Shown: positions 47,583 through 57,630 of the stretch, one piece after another
Layout: the number at the start of each line of letters is the position of its first letter
Position numbering within the stretch: position 1 is the first letter of the stretch
Source: an uncultured Sideroxydans sp.
Lineage (GTDB): Bacteria; Pseudomonadota; Gammaproteobacteria; Burkholderiales; Gallionellaceae
Direction: 5' to 3'
Assembly: GCA_964425955.1 (NCBI GenBank)
Contig: CAYROQ010000011.1
Location: forward strand, 1,917 to 65,916
Length of the DNA stretch: 64,000 nt
The notes under the pieces: generated by a model
Told to the model about the DNA's origin: nothing
The model's database searches: none
Seen by the model: only the letters and a program-made list of their open reading frames with translations
Program-made: the position numbers and the translations under genes

Positions 47583-49814
47583 TCATTTTGTTTTGAAGAC
47601 GAAAACTCCGTCCCAATTTTCCCCCGGTGGGTTCCTACGGCAAAAAGCCACTCTCTCGGCGTAGACCTTATACAGCTTGCTTTGCGGATTCATGTTGCAC
47701 AAACTCAGAAGTTGCAATTCCGCTTTATCCCAATCCTGCTTGCGATACAGCTTCAATACTTGGTGAAATAGCTTGAGTTCCTCCAACACCTCCATAGCGA
47801 CTTCCGAATTCAGCCCGATCGGTTCGAAGATCGTCACCGGTTTCTCTTTGCCCTTGACACGGACTAAATCAACTTCACGGTAGGCAAACTCGGGAGCTGC
47901 AAGTTTGGTCAATTCTCCAACCAGCATCTGTGCTCCGTATTCCTTGGTGATACCTTCCAATCTGGAAGCGAGGTTCACCGCATCACCCATCACCGTATAG
48001 GCCACTCGCACTTCCGAACCCATGTTTCCCACGCTGACACGCCCGGTGTTGATACCCACACCAATTTGTATTTCAGGCCATCCGCGCGATTTGAAATGCG
48101 GCTGAAGTTCAGCCAATGCTCGCTGCATCTCCAGACCCGCCATGATCGCGTTATACGCATGCCTCTCATCCGCCAACGGTGCCCCCCAGAATGCCATGAT
48201 GCAATCGCCCATGTACTTGTCGATCGTGCCGCGTTGCTTATAGATGATGCGTGAGAGCGGGGTCAGAAACTCATTCATCAACAGTGACAATTCTTTGGGC
48301 TCAAGCCCTTCGGATATCGTAGTAAACCCGCGCACATCTGAAAACAGGATGGACATCTCGCGGCTTTCGCCCTCCATCGAGACAGCTCCGGGATTCTTCG
48401 CCATTTCATCAACCAATTCACCAGGGACGTATTGACCAAACAAGCCGGTGATCTGTTTCTTTGCGCGTGATTCCACGAAATAGCCAAAGGTCATGTTCAA
48501 GGCGAACAAGGTCAGAATCATGAGGATGCCGCCAGCCAATGGCAATGCGATATCTCCGCTGGACCACAGCCATTTATTCAGCACAATATCGGCCATGATC
48601 ATGCCGATTGTGACCAGCATTCCCCGCACCGGACTCAATAGCGGCAAAATCAGACTCAAGGTCAATCCTATGAGCAGCAACAAAACAACGTTCGCACCCA
48701 CAACATATGGCGGATTCTGTTTCACACTCTGGCTGAGGATGCCGCTGACCATATTCGCATGCACCTCCACACCGGGATACACCTCGCCCACAGGGGTAGT
48801 TCGCATATCCATCAATCCGGGAGCAGAAGTACCGACCAAAACGATCTTGTTTTGCAAGTCTGCGACCTGAACGCGCTCACTTAACACATCTGAAACCGAA
48901 ATATAGCGGAACGTCCCGCGCCCTCCGCGAAAGGGGACCAATGCACTGACTTCCCCATCAACGGGTATATTCAAGTTACCTTGCGGCGACTCCAGCGTGA
49001 GCCATTCCAGCCCGCCGTAGTCTTTGTTCTGCCCCGTCACGAAACCGGGTACCAACTTGGGCATGTCCAACACGGAACGCACCACAGCCAGCGAAAGTGA
49101 TTCGTAATAATTGCCGTTGTGTTCAACGATCATTGGAATACGTCGAACCACTCCGTCAAAATCAACAACGGGATTGAAATGTCCCGCGCTGGCAGCTTTT
49201 ATTTGCAGTTCGGGCAGGTTGGCGCCGAAACTGTCCCACTTCATGAAGTTGATCGAACGGCCTTTGAACGAACCGGCAGTAAATGCCGGTTCCGGAAGTG
49301 CGCCAGAGGTACTGGCCGTAACGCCCGATTCGCTATTGCTGAAGTAATAACCCAAAACCACTTTGCGCTGCTCGAGCTTGCTGGCAAACATCGCGTCATA
49401 TTCAAGATGCGGCTGCACTTGGCTCAACACCGTCTGGAACTGCTCGACATCTTTAAATTGTTTTTGACCTAACTCCTGCAGAACTTTCAAACCCGAACTG
49501 GTGTCTTTTTCAGCAAAGACCACGTCGAAACCGACTACGGCCACATTGTAGTGATCGAACAGTTCGTCCATGAGTTTGGAAAGTTTGTCCCGTCCCCATG
49601 GCCAACGACCTTCCTGTTTCAGACTTTTTTCATCGATGTCCAGTATGACAATACGATCATCGGAGTCGTGCGGCAGGGTAAGCCTCATCCTGTAGTCATA
49701 CAATTTCGCATCAGCAAATTGTACAAAACCAAGGTTGTAGAACTTAGCTGCATCGCCGATAAATAGCAGAACTGCCAAGAACCCCAAGCCAATGAGAAGT
49801 GCGTGCTTTTTCAT
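47583..49814 (-). CDS. CHASE2 sensor - class III adenylate/guanylate cyclase
   Basis: 743 aa. The CHASE2 hallmark is RIVILDIDEKSLKQEGRWPWGRDKLSKLMDEL. A TM block lies at about aa 365-440. The cyclase domain reads MSILFSDVRGFTTISE...TIDKYMGDCIMAFWGAP...GINTGRVSVGNMGS..AYTVMGDAVNLASRLEG. Confidence 0.88.
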   Translation of the reverse strand: MKKHALLIGLGFLAVLLFIGDAAKFYNLGFVQFADAKLYDYRMRLTLPHDSDDRIVILDIDEKSLKQEGRWPWGRDKLSKLMDELFDHYNVAVVGFDVVFAEKDTSSGLKVLQELGQKQFKDVEQFQTVLSQVQPHLEYDAMFASKLEQRKVVLGYYFSNSESGVTASTSGALPEPAFTAGSFKGRSINFMKWDSFGANLPELQIKAASAGHFNPVVDFDGVVRRIPMIVEHNGNYYESLSLAVVRSVLDMPKLVPGFVTGQNKDYGGLEWLTLESPQGNLNIPVDGEVSALVPFRGGRGTFRYISVSDVLSERVQVADLQNKIVLVGTSAPGLMDMRTTPVGEVYPGVEVHANMVSGILSQSVKQNPPYVVGANVVLLLLIGLTLSLILPLLSPVRGMLVTIGMIMADIVLNKWLWSSGDIALPLAGGILMILTLFALNMTFGYFVESRAKKQITGLFGQYVPGELVDEMAKNPGAVSMEGESREMSILFSDVRGFTTISEGLEPKELSLLMNEFLTPLSRIIYKQRGTIDKYMGDCIMAFWGAPLADERHAYNAIMAGLEMQRALAELQPHFKSRGWPEIQIGVGINTGRVSVGNMGSEVRVAYTVMGDAVNLASRLEGITKEYGAQMLVGELTKLAAPEFAYREVDLVRVKGKEKPVTIFEPIGLNSEVAMEVLEELKLFHQVLKLYRKQDWDKAELQLLSLCNMNPQSKLYKVYAERVAFCRRNPPGENWDGVFVFKTK

Positions 49815-49876
49815 GTACCTCTCTTCTCCTCAACTCAAGGCTTGATCAGACTAATGGTCAACCTGCTTGCTCTGAA

Positions 49877-50647
49877 TCAGGCTTTGAAATAGAACTCCAT
49901 CTTGATACCGGCCAGTTCAATAATGTCATGATCATTCAACTGATGCGGCTGCTCGCCCGCTGAAGACCCATTCACCAAAGGAAAACTGCCTCCTTCAACG
50001 TGTGTGATGAAATATCCATGAGGGCGGCGCGCAAGTACGGCCACCTGTACGCCGGGCTTCCCTAGTGTGGTGAGGTTCTTGCTGAGCTCCAGCTCTTTAC
50101 CCAGATTAGGGCCATTCAGAATCTGTATCACGGCTGCCGGTGTTTGGTTGACTACCGGAGCAGGAGTCGCGGGTGAAACATCGACCTTTGGGGAAGTCGC
50201 ATTGAATTTTGTGGTCGATTCATGTTTGGGCACACCACTCACCACATCGACTTGGGTTCGGTTAAAACTCTCATCCGCTTTGGGAGCGGGTGACCCCTTG
50301 ACTGGTGCACGCAACACCATGGTCTTTTCGAAATCGTCAGCCGATGTCTGGGTTGGCTGGTCGTTCAAATATTTAAGTTTGTATTTTCCGATTTCAATGA
50401 TGTCGCTATTCTGAAGAAAATGCTTTTGTGTGGACAGTCCGTTGACAATGGAGCCATTGGTGCTGCCCAAATCTTCAAAGAATGAGTCGTTCAAAATAGT
50501 GATGATGGCCGCATGCTCGCTGCTCACAGCCAAGTTGTCTATGACAATATCATTGTGCGGTTTGCGCCCTATAGTGGTCCGCTCTTTGGTAAGCGGATAC
50601 TCTTTGATCACCGCCCCGTCCATACTCAGTATCAGTTTTGCCGACAT
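49877..50647 (-). CDS. FHA-domain protein (N-terminal canonical FHA, C-terminal FHA-like domain)
   Basis: 256 aa. The N-terminal FHA reads TTIGRKPHNDIVIDNLAVSSEHAAI...DLGSTNGSIVNG...IIEIGKYKL. A Pro/Thr-rich linker follows. The C-terminal part (LTTLGKPGVQVAVL...LVNG...IIELAGIKMEF) is less canonical. Confidence 0.82.
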   Translation of the reverse strand: MSAKLILSMDGAVIKEYPLTKERTTIGRKPHNDIVIDNLAVSSEHAAIITILNDSFFEDLGSTNGSIVNGLSTQKHFLQNSDIIEIGKYKLKYLNDQPTQTSADDFEKTMVLRAPVKGSPAPKADESFNRTQVDVVSGVPKHESTTKFNATSPKVDVSPATPAPVVNQTPAAVIQILNGPNLGKELELSKNLTTLGKPGVQVAVLARRPHGYFITHVEGGSFPLVNGSSAGEQPHQLNDHDIIELAGIKMEFYFKA

Positions 50648-50678
50648 TTCAATTTTCCTGTATTAACTTGTTACAGCT

Positions 50679-51506
50679 TCAATTCTTAAACCAAGATTTC
50701 AACTTCGTCCACCATCCTTTGGGAGTGGCATAACTCGCCTTGACCTTGACCAGAACTACGGACACATTATCGCGACCACCGTTGTCATTTGCCTGTTCCA
50801 GCAGCTGACTGGCCGCCAGCGTCAGGTTGCCCCGCAGCATCTGTACCGTGGAGCAGATATCTTCATCCTCCACCATATCGTTCAATCCATCCGAGCAGAA
50901 CAGGTAGATGTCATCGACCTCAACCTTATGTACATGCAATTCCGGAACCACATCGGCCTCGACACCCACCGCGCGGGTCACCAGATTCTTGTTTTTTGAT
51001 AGTTTTGCCAGTTCTTTGCTGATGACACCGCTATCAATCTGATCCTGCAACAGAGAGTGGTCTCGCGTGATGGTTTCCAATACCTCCCCACGCAGGCGAT
51101 ATAGGCGTGAATCTCCCACGTGCGCAACAACCAGACGGTCATCGTAGAATAAACCGGCAACGATGGTGGTTCCCATTCCCGCATATTGTGGTTGACTTTG
51201 CGCAGCGTTGAAAATGGAAAGATTGGCCTTCTTAACATTGTCGCGCAATAACACCACTCCGAACTCGTCACCTGATGCCACGTCCGTCTTCGCCGGATCA
51301 ACTTCTTCGAGGCGGTGCCTGATCTCGCTGGTCAGCACAGAAACCGCAATGCCGCTGGCAACTTCACCCGCGTTATATCCACCCATTCCGTCAGCGAGTA
51401 CAACGAGGCCGTGCTGCGCATCAAAGGCCAGGCTATCCTCATTATGTGAACGCACCATACCCGGATGGGTTTGGCTGACTATCTCCAGCGCCTCATTCAC
51501 GTTCAC
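50679..51506 (-). CDS. PP2C-family Ser/Thr protein phosphatase
   Basis: 275 aa. The start is a GTG with a GAGGA Shine-Dalgarno. The motifs are HPGMVRSHNEDS, VLADGMGGYNAGEVAS, HVGDSRLY, FCSDGL and GGRDNVSVVLV. Confidence 0.9.
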   Translation of the reverse strand: MNVNEALEIVSQTHPGMVRSHNEDSLAFDAQHGLVVLADGMGGYNAGEVASGIAVSVLTSEIRHRLEEVDPAKTDVASGDEFGVVLLRDNVKKANLSIFNAAQSQPQYAGMGTTIVAGLFYDDRLVVAHVGDSRLYRLRGEVLETITRDHSLLQDQIDSGVISKELAKLSKNKNLVTRAVGVEADVVPELHVHKVEVDDIYLFCSDGLNDMVEDEDICSTVQMLRGNLTLAASQLLEQANDNGGRDNVSVVLVKVKASYATPKGWWTKLKSWFKN

Positions 51507-51528
51507 GTCCTGTCCTCGCCCTTGTTAT

Positions 51529-54051
51529 TCATTTCAGTGTCGCAGCACACTGCCGAAGCGCCTCTGCCATCGCCGCGCCATTTTCATACCGGTCTTCAAC
51601 CTTCTTCGCAATTGCCTTTTCGATTATGGCGACCACACATGGCGGGACATCCGGGTTGATCATCAGAATGTCCGTTGGCGGTTCATTGGCGATTCTGAAC
51701 ATCAATTGCGCCATCGAATCACCCACGAAAGGAAGCTTACCACACGCCATTTGGTAGAGACTCACTCCCAGCGAGAACAGATCGGATTGTCCGCCGATCT
51801 TGGCTCCCGACAGCTGTTCCGGTGACATGTAGGAGGGGGTTCCCAACACCATGCCGGTCTTGGTTTTACTGGAATCGGTGATGCGCGCGATGCCGAAGTC
51901 GGTCACCTTAACGGTATCGCTTTCCAGGTCGTACATGATATTGGCCGGTTTGATATCGCGGTGCACCACATTCAACGAATGTGCATAACCCAGAGCTTCT
52001 GCCACGCGCGCCACGATACTCAGCACCTGTGGCAAAGGCAGCAGACTGTCCGGCTTGGTGTACGCCACCAGATCCTTGCCTTTGAGGAATTCCATGGCGA
52101 TATAGGCCAAGTCATGCTCCTCACCGGCATCGTACATGGTGACGATGTGCGGATGGTTCAATCGGCCGGCTGTCTCGGCTTCACGGAAGAAGCGGGCTTT
52201 CACCTCTTCCAATTCATCCGCCTCGAACTCCTGCGCCAATGCCATGGTCTTGATCGCCACGACGCGGCTGATCTTGGGATCTTTGCCGAGATACACCACC
52301 CCCATGGCACCCTTGCCCAACTCCTTCTCGATCTGGTAGCGCCCCAACATCGGCTTGGCCATCCCGACCTGATCCAGCTTCATCGTGCTGTCATTGCCCC
52401 TGCCGGATGACCCGCCGAGAATAATCGTTTCTGCCATGGCTTTGGATTGCGCGGTCCGAGCTTCCAGATCGCGGAATTTCGGATTGTGGTCGGCCATATA
52501 TTTGAACACCGACTCCGCCTTGTTGAACTGGCGTTTGCGCTCAAAATCCAAACCGAGGTTGTATAAAACGTCCATCAAACTATCGTCCAGCGGCACCTTG
52601 CGGAACTTGTCGAAAGCCATATCAAGCTGGCCTTGCCCCTGGAAGGCCAAACCCAACATCCTGTTGCTTTCGGCCGAATCGGCATCGGATTTTTCCTTGC
52701 CTTTTTCGGTCATCAGGAAACGTTTGGTCGTCAGCAACAAATGACCGACCAGCAGAAGTGCGGCAGGCAACATCAATTGCAGCCACATCGCTTGCGTTGT
52801 CATGAGCACAAAATGGATCGCCAGCAACAACACGAATAGTCCGCCGGTGATCGCGGCCCCCAGGCCGGCGCTCAAGCGTGGCAACAACAAGATCAGATAC
52901 AAAGCAACCGTCAAGAATATACCCAGTTCCGCCCACGCGCCCCAACTGGGAGTGATGAAGAAATCTTGCTTCAAGATGCTGGAGACAGAATGTGCCAGCG
53001 TGAGTACCGGCGGTGTCGCCGCAGAGATGGGAGTGACCTGCGTCGCACCGACACCTGCTGCGGTTGAACCGATCAAAACGATCTTGTCCCTGTATTTTTC
53101 TGGCGGGATCTTGCCGGTCAACACATCGTAAAAGGAGTCCACTTGAAAAGCGGGTTTGTCATCCCGGTCAGCATAAAAATACGTAAACATTCGCAGCGCC
53201 GGATCCGTCGCGATACTGAGATTACCCAGCTTGACACCCTCACCCAAGGTCACGTTGATATCCTTTGGCTCAAGGTTCAGGCTCTTCGCTGCGATCATCA
53301 ACGACAGGGAAGGATAGTACTGGTCGTAATAACCCACCACCAGAGGCTCGGTGCGTATCCCTCCGTCAACATCGGGAGTGGCGTTCAGATGACCGATTGC
53401 GACAGCCTGTTGTCCCAGCACAGGGATCGGAAACAGCGCATTGAATGACGGGACTGGCAACGGCGCATCGGCAGAACCCTGCACATTCACCAGATTATTT
53501 TTCACAACAAAGTCAGGCAAGGGCGAATCCGGATTGCCTTGGGGCTCACCCAACTCAAAATACAAGCCGAGCAATACATTGTTGACCTTGGCCATGCTCT
53601 CGGCCAATTTTTGATCATTATCCAGATGCAGTAACGCATCCTGCATCAAGCCTTGCAGCTCTTTCCATTCGGCCGGATTGGTATTCTTAAGGGAGGTCTT
53701 TTCAAGAACGCTGGCGATATTGAGGATGTAGTCCAGGCCTGCATCTACTTGCGGCTCGAAGAATAGGGCGGTCTGTCCGACGACTTTAGGCTGACCTTCG
53801 GCCAGTATCTCCAGCATCTTCCCCTGAATCTCACGCGGCCAAGGCCAACGTCCAATATTCGCGATGCTGGTATCATCAATAGCAATCACGGCAATCTTGT
53901 CGCTGGGAGTGCGTGTTGAGGCCACGACTCCCCAGTCATAGGCTTTGCGCTCCAAACTCTGGACAACTCCCGTATTTCCGCTAAACAAAAATACCAGGGC
54001 GACAACTAAAGCAGTGAACCAGTCTGATTTATGAAAGGATGTTTTTCTCAT
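51529..54051 (-). CDS. CHASE2 sensor - TM - helical repeat - Hanks-type Ser/Thr protein kinase (kinase at the C-terminus)
   Basis: 840 aa. The CHASE2 hallmark is KIAVIAIDDTSIANIGRWPWPREIQGKMLEIL. TM helices lie at about aa 375-450. The kinase motifs are LGKGAMGVVYLG, VAIKTM, HRDIKPANIM, VTDFGIA and GTPSYMSPEQ. Confidence 0.9.
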   Translation of the reverse strand: MRKTSFHKSDWFTALVVALVFLFSGNTGVVQSLERKAYDWGVVASTRTPSDKIAVIAIDDTSIANIGRWPWPREIQGKMLEILAEGQPKVVGQTALFFEPQVDAGLDYILNIASVLEKTSLKNTNPAEWKELQGLMQDALLHLDNDQKLAESMAKVNNVLLGLYFELGEPQGNPDSPLPDFVVKNNLVNVQGSADAPLPVPSFNALFPIPVLGQQAVAIGHLNATPDVDGGIRTEPLVVGYYDQYYPSLSLMIAAKSLNLEPKDINVTLGEGVKLGNLSIATDPALRMFTYFYADRDDKPAFQVDSFYDVLTGKIPPEKYRDKIVLIGSTAAGVGATQVTPISAATPPVLTLAHSVSSILKQDFFITPSWGAWAELGIFLTVALYLILLLPRLSAGLGAAITGGLFVLLLAIHFVLMTTQAMWLQLMLPAALLLVGHLLLTTKRFLMTEKGKEKSDADSAESNRMLGLAFQGQGQLDMAFDKFRKVPLDDSLMDVLYNLGLDFERKRQFNKAESVFKYMADHNPKFRDLEARTAQSKAMAETIILGGSSGRGNDSTMKLDQVGMAKPMLGRYQIEKELGKGAMGVVYLGKDPKISRVVAIKTMALAQEFEADELEEVKARFFREAETAGRLNHPHIVTMYDAGEEHDLAYIAMEFLKGKDLVAYTKPDSLLPLPQVLSIVARVAEALGYAHSLNVVHRDIKPANIMYDLESDTVKVTDFGIARITDSSKTKTGMVLGTPSYMSPEQLSGAKIGGQSDLFSLGVSLYQMACGKLPFVGDSMAQLMFRIANEPPTDILMINPDVPPCVVAIIEKAIAKKVEDRYENGAAMAEALRQCAATLK

Positions 54052-54165
54052 GTGCGCCTTGCGGTGATCTTGTAATTTCTGAGGTTTCTCGGGTCATGCG
54101 CCGCAGATACTAAAACATTTTTCAATCTCAGACCATACCCGATTGATTTATCAGTAAATTGAAAT

Positions 54166-54594
54166 TTATTTACGGGTGATCGTGACGGGCACTTTCGCCA
54201 GATTAGCCACTTTGCTGGTCACCGACCCCAGCAACAAATTGGCCAGACTTTCATGACCTTGAGCCCCCACGACGATCTGATCCACGCCCTGTTCTTCGGC
54301 ATATTGCAAAATGGCTTCGGCCGGTTGACCGATGCTGATGTGGTATTGATAGGGTAGCTCGGCAGCTTCCAATGCGGAGCGGGCCACTTTCAAAGCCTCC
54401 ATGCCCTGCTCACGGTAGTAGTCGTTGATCGTATCCTGGTTGATGAACAACTTGACGTTACCCGCTGCCACATTCCATTGCACATTCAACAAAAACAACT
54501 GCGGACTGTTCGCCAATTCTTTCGATAACTTGATGGCGTAGTTCACCGCACTGATTGCGTTGTCAGATCCGTCGACCGGAATCAAAATTTTCAT
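54166..54594 (-). CDS. Universal stress protein (UspA family)
   Basis: I trimmed the start to the ATG at 54594 (MKILIPVDGSDNA...) with an AGGAG Shine-Dalgarno. The ATP-binding type motif is VVGAQGHESLANLLLGSVTSKV. Confidence 0.88.
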   Translation of the reverse strand: MKILIPVDGSDNAISAVNYAIKLSKELANSPQLFLLNVQWNVAAGNVKLFINQDTINDYYREQGMEALKVARSALEAAELPYQYHISIGQPAEAILQYAEEQGVDQIVVGAQGHESLANLLLGSVTSKVANLAKVPVTITRK

Positions 54595-54608
54595 TTTTCT
54601 AGCTCCTG

Positions 54609-55346
54609 TCATTTTTTATTTGAAGTATCAACCCGCTCATCCACCAGATCCACAACTTGAACCTCGGCTCTTCTTTGCAATGCCAGCCATTTGCCCACCG
54701 CCAGCACCAACACCGCACACGCTATCGGAATCAACCAATGCAACGCATGCTGTGTTTCCAGAAGTGGAAGCAACACGGGCTCCCCAACCAGCATCTCACC
54801 GGCCACGTAGCCCAGCAACGCTCCGCCGGCCAATATGATCAAGGGGAAGCGGTCGATCATTTTCAACACCAGCTGACTGCTCCACGCGATCAGCGGAATA
54901 CTGATAAGCAGACCGAATACCAGCAAGAACACGTTGCCTTTTGCTGCCGCTGCGACACCCAGCACATTGTCCAGACTCATCACAAAATCGGCGATGATGA
55001 TGGTCTTCACCGCTGCCCACAATTGCGTTTCTGCCTTGATATTGCCTTCGCCGTGCCCTTCTTCTTCCGGCAGAATCAGCTTGACGCCGATCCACAACAA
55101 CAAAGCCGCTCCGACCAGCTTTAGGTAAGGCAAAGACAATAGACTCACCGCAAAAAACGTCAACACAACACGCAAACCGATCGCGCCGCCGACCCCGTAC
55201 ATAATGCCTTTACGTCTCTGAGCATCGGGTAAATTTCGACAGGCCAGCGCGATCACCACCGCGTTATCACCCGACAACAAAAGATCGATCATTATGATCT
55301 TGAATACATCCACCCAAAACTGCGGTGCTGAGAACATCTCTAACAT
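54609..55346 (-). CDS. TerC-family integral membrane protein
   Basis: 245 aa with about 7 TM helices. The repeated acidic intramembrane motifs LLSGDNAVVIAL and VMSLDNVLGVAA are typical of TerC/YjbE-type proteins. Confidence 0.85.
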   Translation of the reverse strand: MLEMFSAPQFWVDVFKIIMIDLLLSGDNAVVIALACRNLPDAQRRKGIMYGVGGAIGLRVVLTFFAVSLLSLPYLKLVGAALLLWIGVKLILPEEEGHGEGNIKAETQLWAAVKTIIIADFVMSLDNVLGVAAAAKGNVFLLVFGLLISIPLIAWSSQLVLKMIDRFPLIILAGGALLGYVAGEMLVGEPVLLPLLETQHALHWLIPIACAVLVLAVGKWLALQRRAEVQVVDLVDERVDTSNKK

Positions 55347-55394
55347 TTACAAACCTTTCTAGGGAGGGGATAAGGGGGCGCACCTGCGGCGCTC

Positions 55395-55461
55395 AAGGAA
55401 GAAGGGTAAATAGCGTTGCGCTACCGCGCAAATACTCTTCTCCCTTCTCTCCTCTACCTTC
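55395..55461. repeat. REP-like imperfect palindrome in the sucD-terC spacer (related to 27796..27869)
   Basis: The arms are AAGGAAGAAGGGTA and TACTCTTCTCCCTT, around the inner hairpin TTGCGC-TACC-GCGCAA. On the minus strand the purine-rich GAGAAGG...AAGGGAGAAGAG begins at the sucD stop, just as it does after cheZ. Confidence 0.55.
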
Positions 55462-56343
55462 TCATGTTTTCAACACTTTTTGCATGGTGCGTCCCATTTC
55501 CGCCGGATTACGCGTGATGTGGATACCGCATTCTTCCATCACGTCCAGCTTCTCGTTCGCACCGCCTTGACCTCCGGAAATGATCGCGCCGGCATGTCCC
55601 ATACGTTTACCCGGCGGTGCTGTGACGCCCGCGATAAAGCCGACCACCGGTTTACGCATATTGTCCTTGATCCAGCGCGCGCATTCTTCCTCATCACTGC
55701 CGCCGATCTCACCCACCATCACCACTGCATCCGTATCGGGGTCATCGTTGAACAGCCTCATCACTTCAAGATGTTTCAGGCCATTGATCGGATCACCGCC
55801 GATACCCACACAAGACGACTGTCCCATACCCAGGGCAGAAAGTTGCCCCACGGCCTCGTAGGTCAGCGTGCCGGAACGAGACACCACGCCAATACGTCCC
55901 TTCTTGTGGATGTGGCCGGGCATGATGCCGATCTTGATCTCATCCGGCGTAATCAGACCGGGGCAATTTGGCCCAAGCAGTATTGTTTTACTGCCACGCA
56001 TTTTGTAACGCGTCTTCAACATGTCATGCACCGGAATCCCTTCGGTGATGCAGATGACCAGATCCAGTTCGGCTTCCACCGCTTCGTTGATCGCTGCCGC
56101 CGCGCCCGAGGGTGGTACATAGATCACCGAAACCGTCGCACCGGTGGCTATTTTTGCATCGAGGACGCTGGCATACACCGGTATACCCTCGAATTCTTCA
56201 CCGGCTTTTTTCGGATTCACGCCCGCTACAAAACAATTCGCACCGTTCGCGTAACTCTTGCAATGGAAAGTGTGGAACTGGCCGACCTTGCCGGTCATGC
56301 CTTGGGTGATAACCTTTGTGCCTTTGTTGATAAGGATGCTCAT
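55462..56343 (-). CDS. sucD: Succinyl-CoA synthetase alpha subunit
   Basis: 293 aa. The sequence reads [36 protein letters not shown] and MGHAGAII (phospho-His loop). The ATG overlaps the sucC stop. Confidence 0.95.
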   Translation of the reverse strand: MSILINKGTKVITQGMTGKVGQFHTFHCKSYANGANCFVAGVNPKKAGEEFEGIPVYASVLDAKIATGATVSVIYVPPSGAAAAINEAVEAELDLVICITEGIPVHDMLKTRYKMRGSKTILLGPNCPGLITPDEIKIGIMPGHIHKKGRIGVVSRSGTLTYEAVGQLSALGMGQSSCVGIGGDPINGLKHLEVMRLFNDDPDTDAVVMVGEIGGSDEEECARWIKDNMRKPVVGFIAGVTAPPGKRMGHAGAIISGGQGGANEKLDVMEECGIHITRNPAEMGRTMQKVLKT

Positions 56344-57509
56344 TTTTGACCTCCCGCTGCCGCAACCACTTTTTGCGCCGCATCCGCCATATCGTTACCG
56401 GAAATAATAGGCAATCCCGATTCTGCCAGGATCTTCTTTCCCAGCTCCACGTTGGTTCCCTCCAGACGCACCACCAGCGGCACTTTGAGGCTGACCTCGC
56501 GTGCTGCCGCGACCACCCCTTCGGCGATCACATCACACTTCATGATGCCGCCAAAGATATTCACCAGGATCGCTTTGAGATTGGGATTCTTCAGCATCAG
56601 CTTGAACGCCTCGGTGACTTTCTCCTTGCTTGCACCGCCGCCCACATCCAGAAAATTCGCCGGATTCCCGCCATAGAGTTTTATGATGTCCATGGTTGCC
56701 ATCGCCAGCCCGGCACCGTTCACCAGGCAGCCAATATTTCCGTCGAGTTGAATGTAGGCCAAGTCAAATTTTGAAGCCTCGATCTCGGCCGGATCTTCCT
56801 CATCCAGATCACGCATCGCGACCAACTCAGGATGGCGGTACAGCGCATTCGAATCAAAATTGAACTTGGCATCCAAAGCGATCACGTTATTGTCGGCGGT
56901 CAGCACCAGAGGATTGATCTCCGCCAGCATCGCATCTTTCTCCACGAAGGCACGATACAAACCTTGCAGAACCTTGACTGCCTCGCCGGTTGCCACATCC
57001 GGGATACCGATATCGCGTGCGACTTTTGTGGCCTCGGTTGCGGTCAGGCCGGATTGCGGATCGATACGAACTTTGTGGATTTTTTCCGGCGAATGTTTGG
57101 CGACTTCTTCGATCTCCATACCGCCCTCGCTACTCGCCAGCAAGGTCACACGTTGTGATCCGCGATCCACCACCATGCCCAGATAGAATTCCCTGACGAT
57201 CTGCGCGCCCTCTTCGATAAGCAGTCTGCGCACCACTTGTCCTTCGGCTCCGGTCTGATGCGTGATCAGATGCATGCCCAGAATCTGCCCGGCGTATAAG
57301 CGAACCTCTTCCAAGGATTTGGCCACCTTCACACCGCCGCCCTTGCCGCGTCCACCCGCGTGAATTTGCGCCTTGACCACCCAAACCTTGCCGCCCAATT
57401 GCCGTGCGGCAGCAACCGTCTCTTCAACACTGAAGCATGCAACACCGCGTGGTGTCGGCACATCAAATCCGCGCAATATCTCTTTCCCCTGATGCTCATG
57501 AATCTTCAT
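56340..57509 (-). CDS. sucC: Succinyl-CoA synthetase beta subunit
   Basis: 389 aa. The sequence reads [38 protein letters not shown], and [15 protein letters not shown] is also present. Confidence 0.95.
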   Translation of the reverse strand: MKIHEHQGKEILRGFDVPTPRGVACFSVEETVAAARQLGGKVWVVKAQIHAGGRGKGGGVKVAKSLEEVRLYAGQILGMHLITHQTGAEGQVVRRLLIEEGAQIVREFYLGMVVDRGSQRVTLLASSEGGMEIEEVAKHSPEKIHKVRIDPQSGLTATEATKVARDIGIPDVATGEAVKVLQGLYRAFVEKDAMLAEINPLVLTADNNVIALDAKFNFDSNALYRHPELVAMRDLDEEDPAEIEASKFDLAYIQLDGNIGCLVNGAGLAMATMDIIKLYGGNPANFLDVGGGASKEKVTEAFKLMLKNPNLKAILVNIFGGIMKCDVIAEGVVAAAREVSLKVPLVVRLEGTNVELGKKILAESGLPIISGNDMADAAQKVVAAAGGQK

Positions 57510-57561
57510 TTAGCCCCCTTCAAGATTGTCGGAATTTACCAGACTACACACGAATTCGTTT

Positions 57562-57604
57562 TACCAAAATGAAACGGGGTCACCGGATATAGTCCGGCGA
57601 CCCC
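57562..57604 (-). terminator. Rho-independent terminator after the barrel gene
   Basis: The minus strand has the hairpin GGGGTCGCCGG-N7-CCGGTGACCCC, followed by GTTTCATTTTGG. Confidence 0.65.
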
Positions 57605-57630
57605 TTGCTACTTATTCTCAGCCAATCACC

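Noticed and set aside
55347-55461. A possible yybP-ykoY (Mn2+) riboswitch in front of the TerC-family gene, because TerC/Alx genes are classic targets and the spacer contains GGGAGAAGAGTA, resembling the GGGGAGUAG box.
   Set aside because: I could not find the second conserved box (UUGACA-type loop) or the four-way-junction layout. The same purine-rich palindrome also occurs after cheZ (27796..27879), where a Mn riboswitch makes no sense. A REP-like repeat is the simpler reading. An Infernal scan with RF00080 would settle it.
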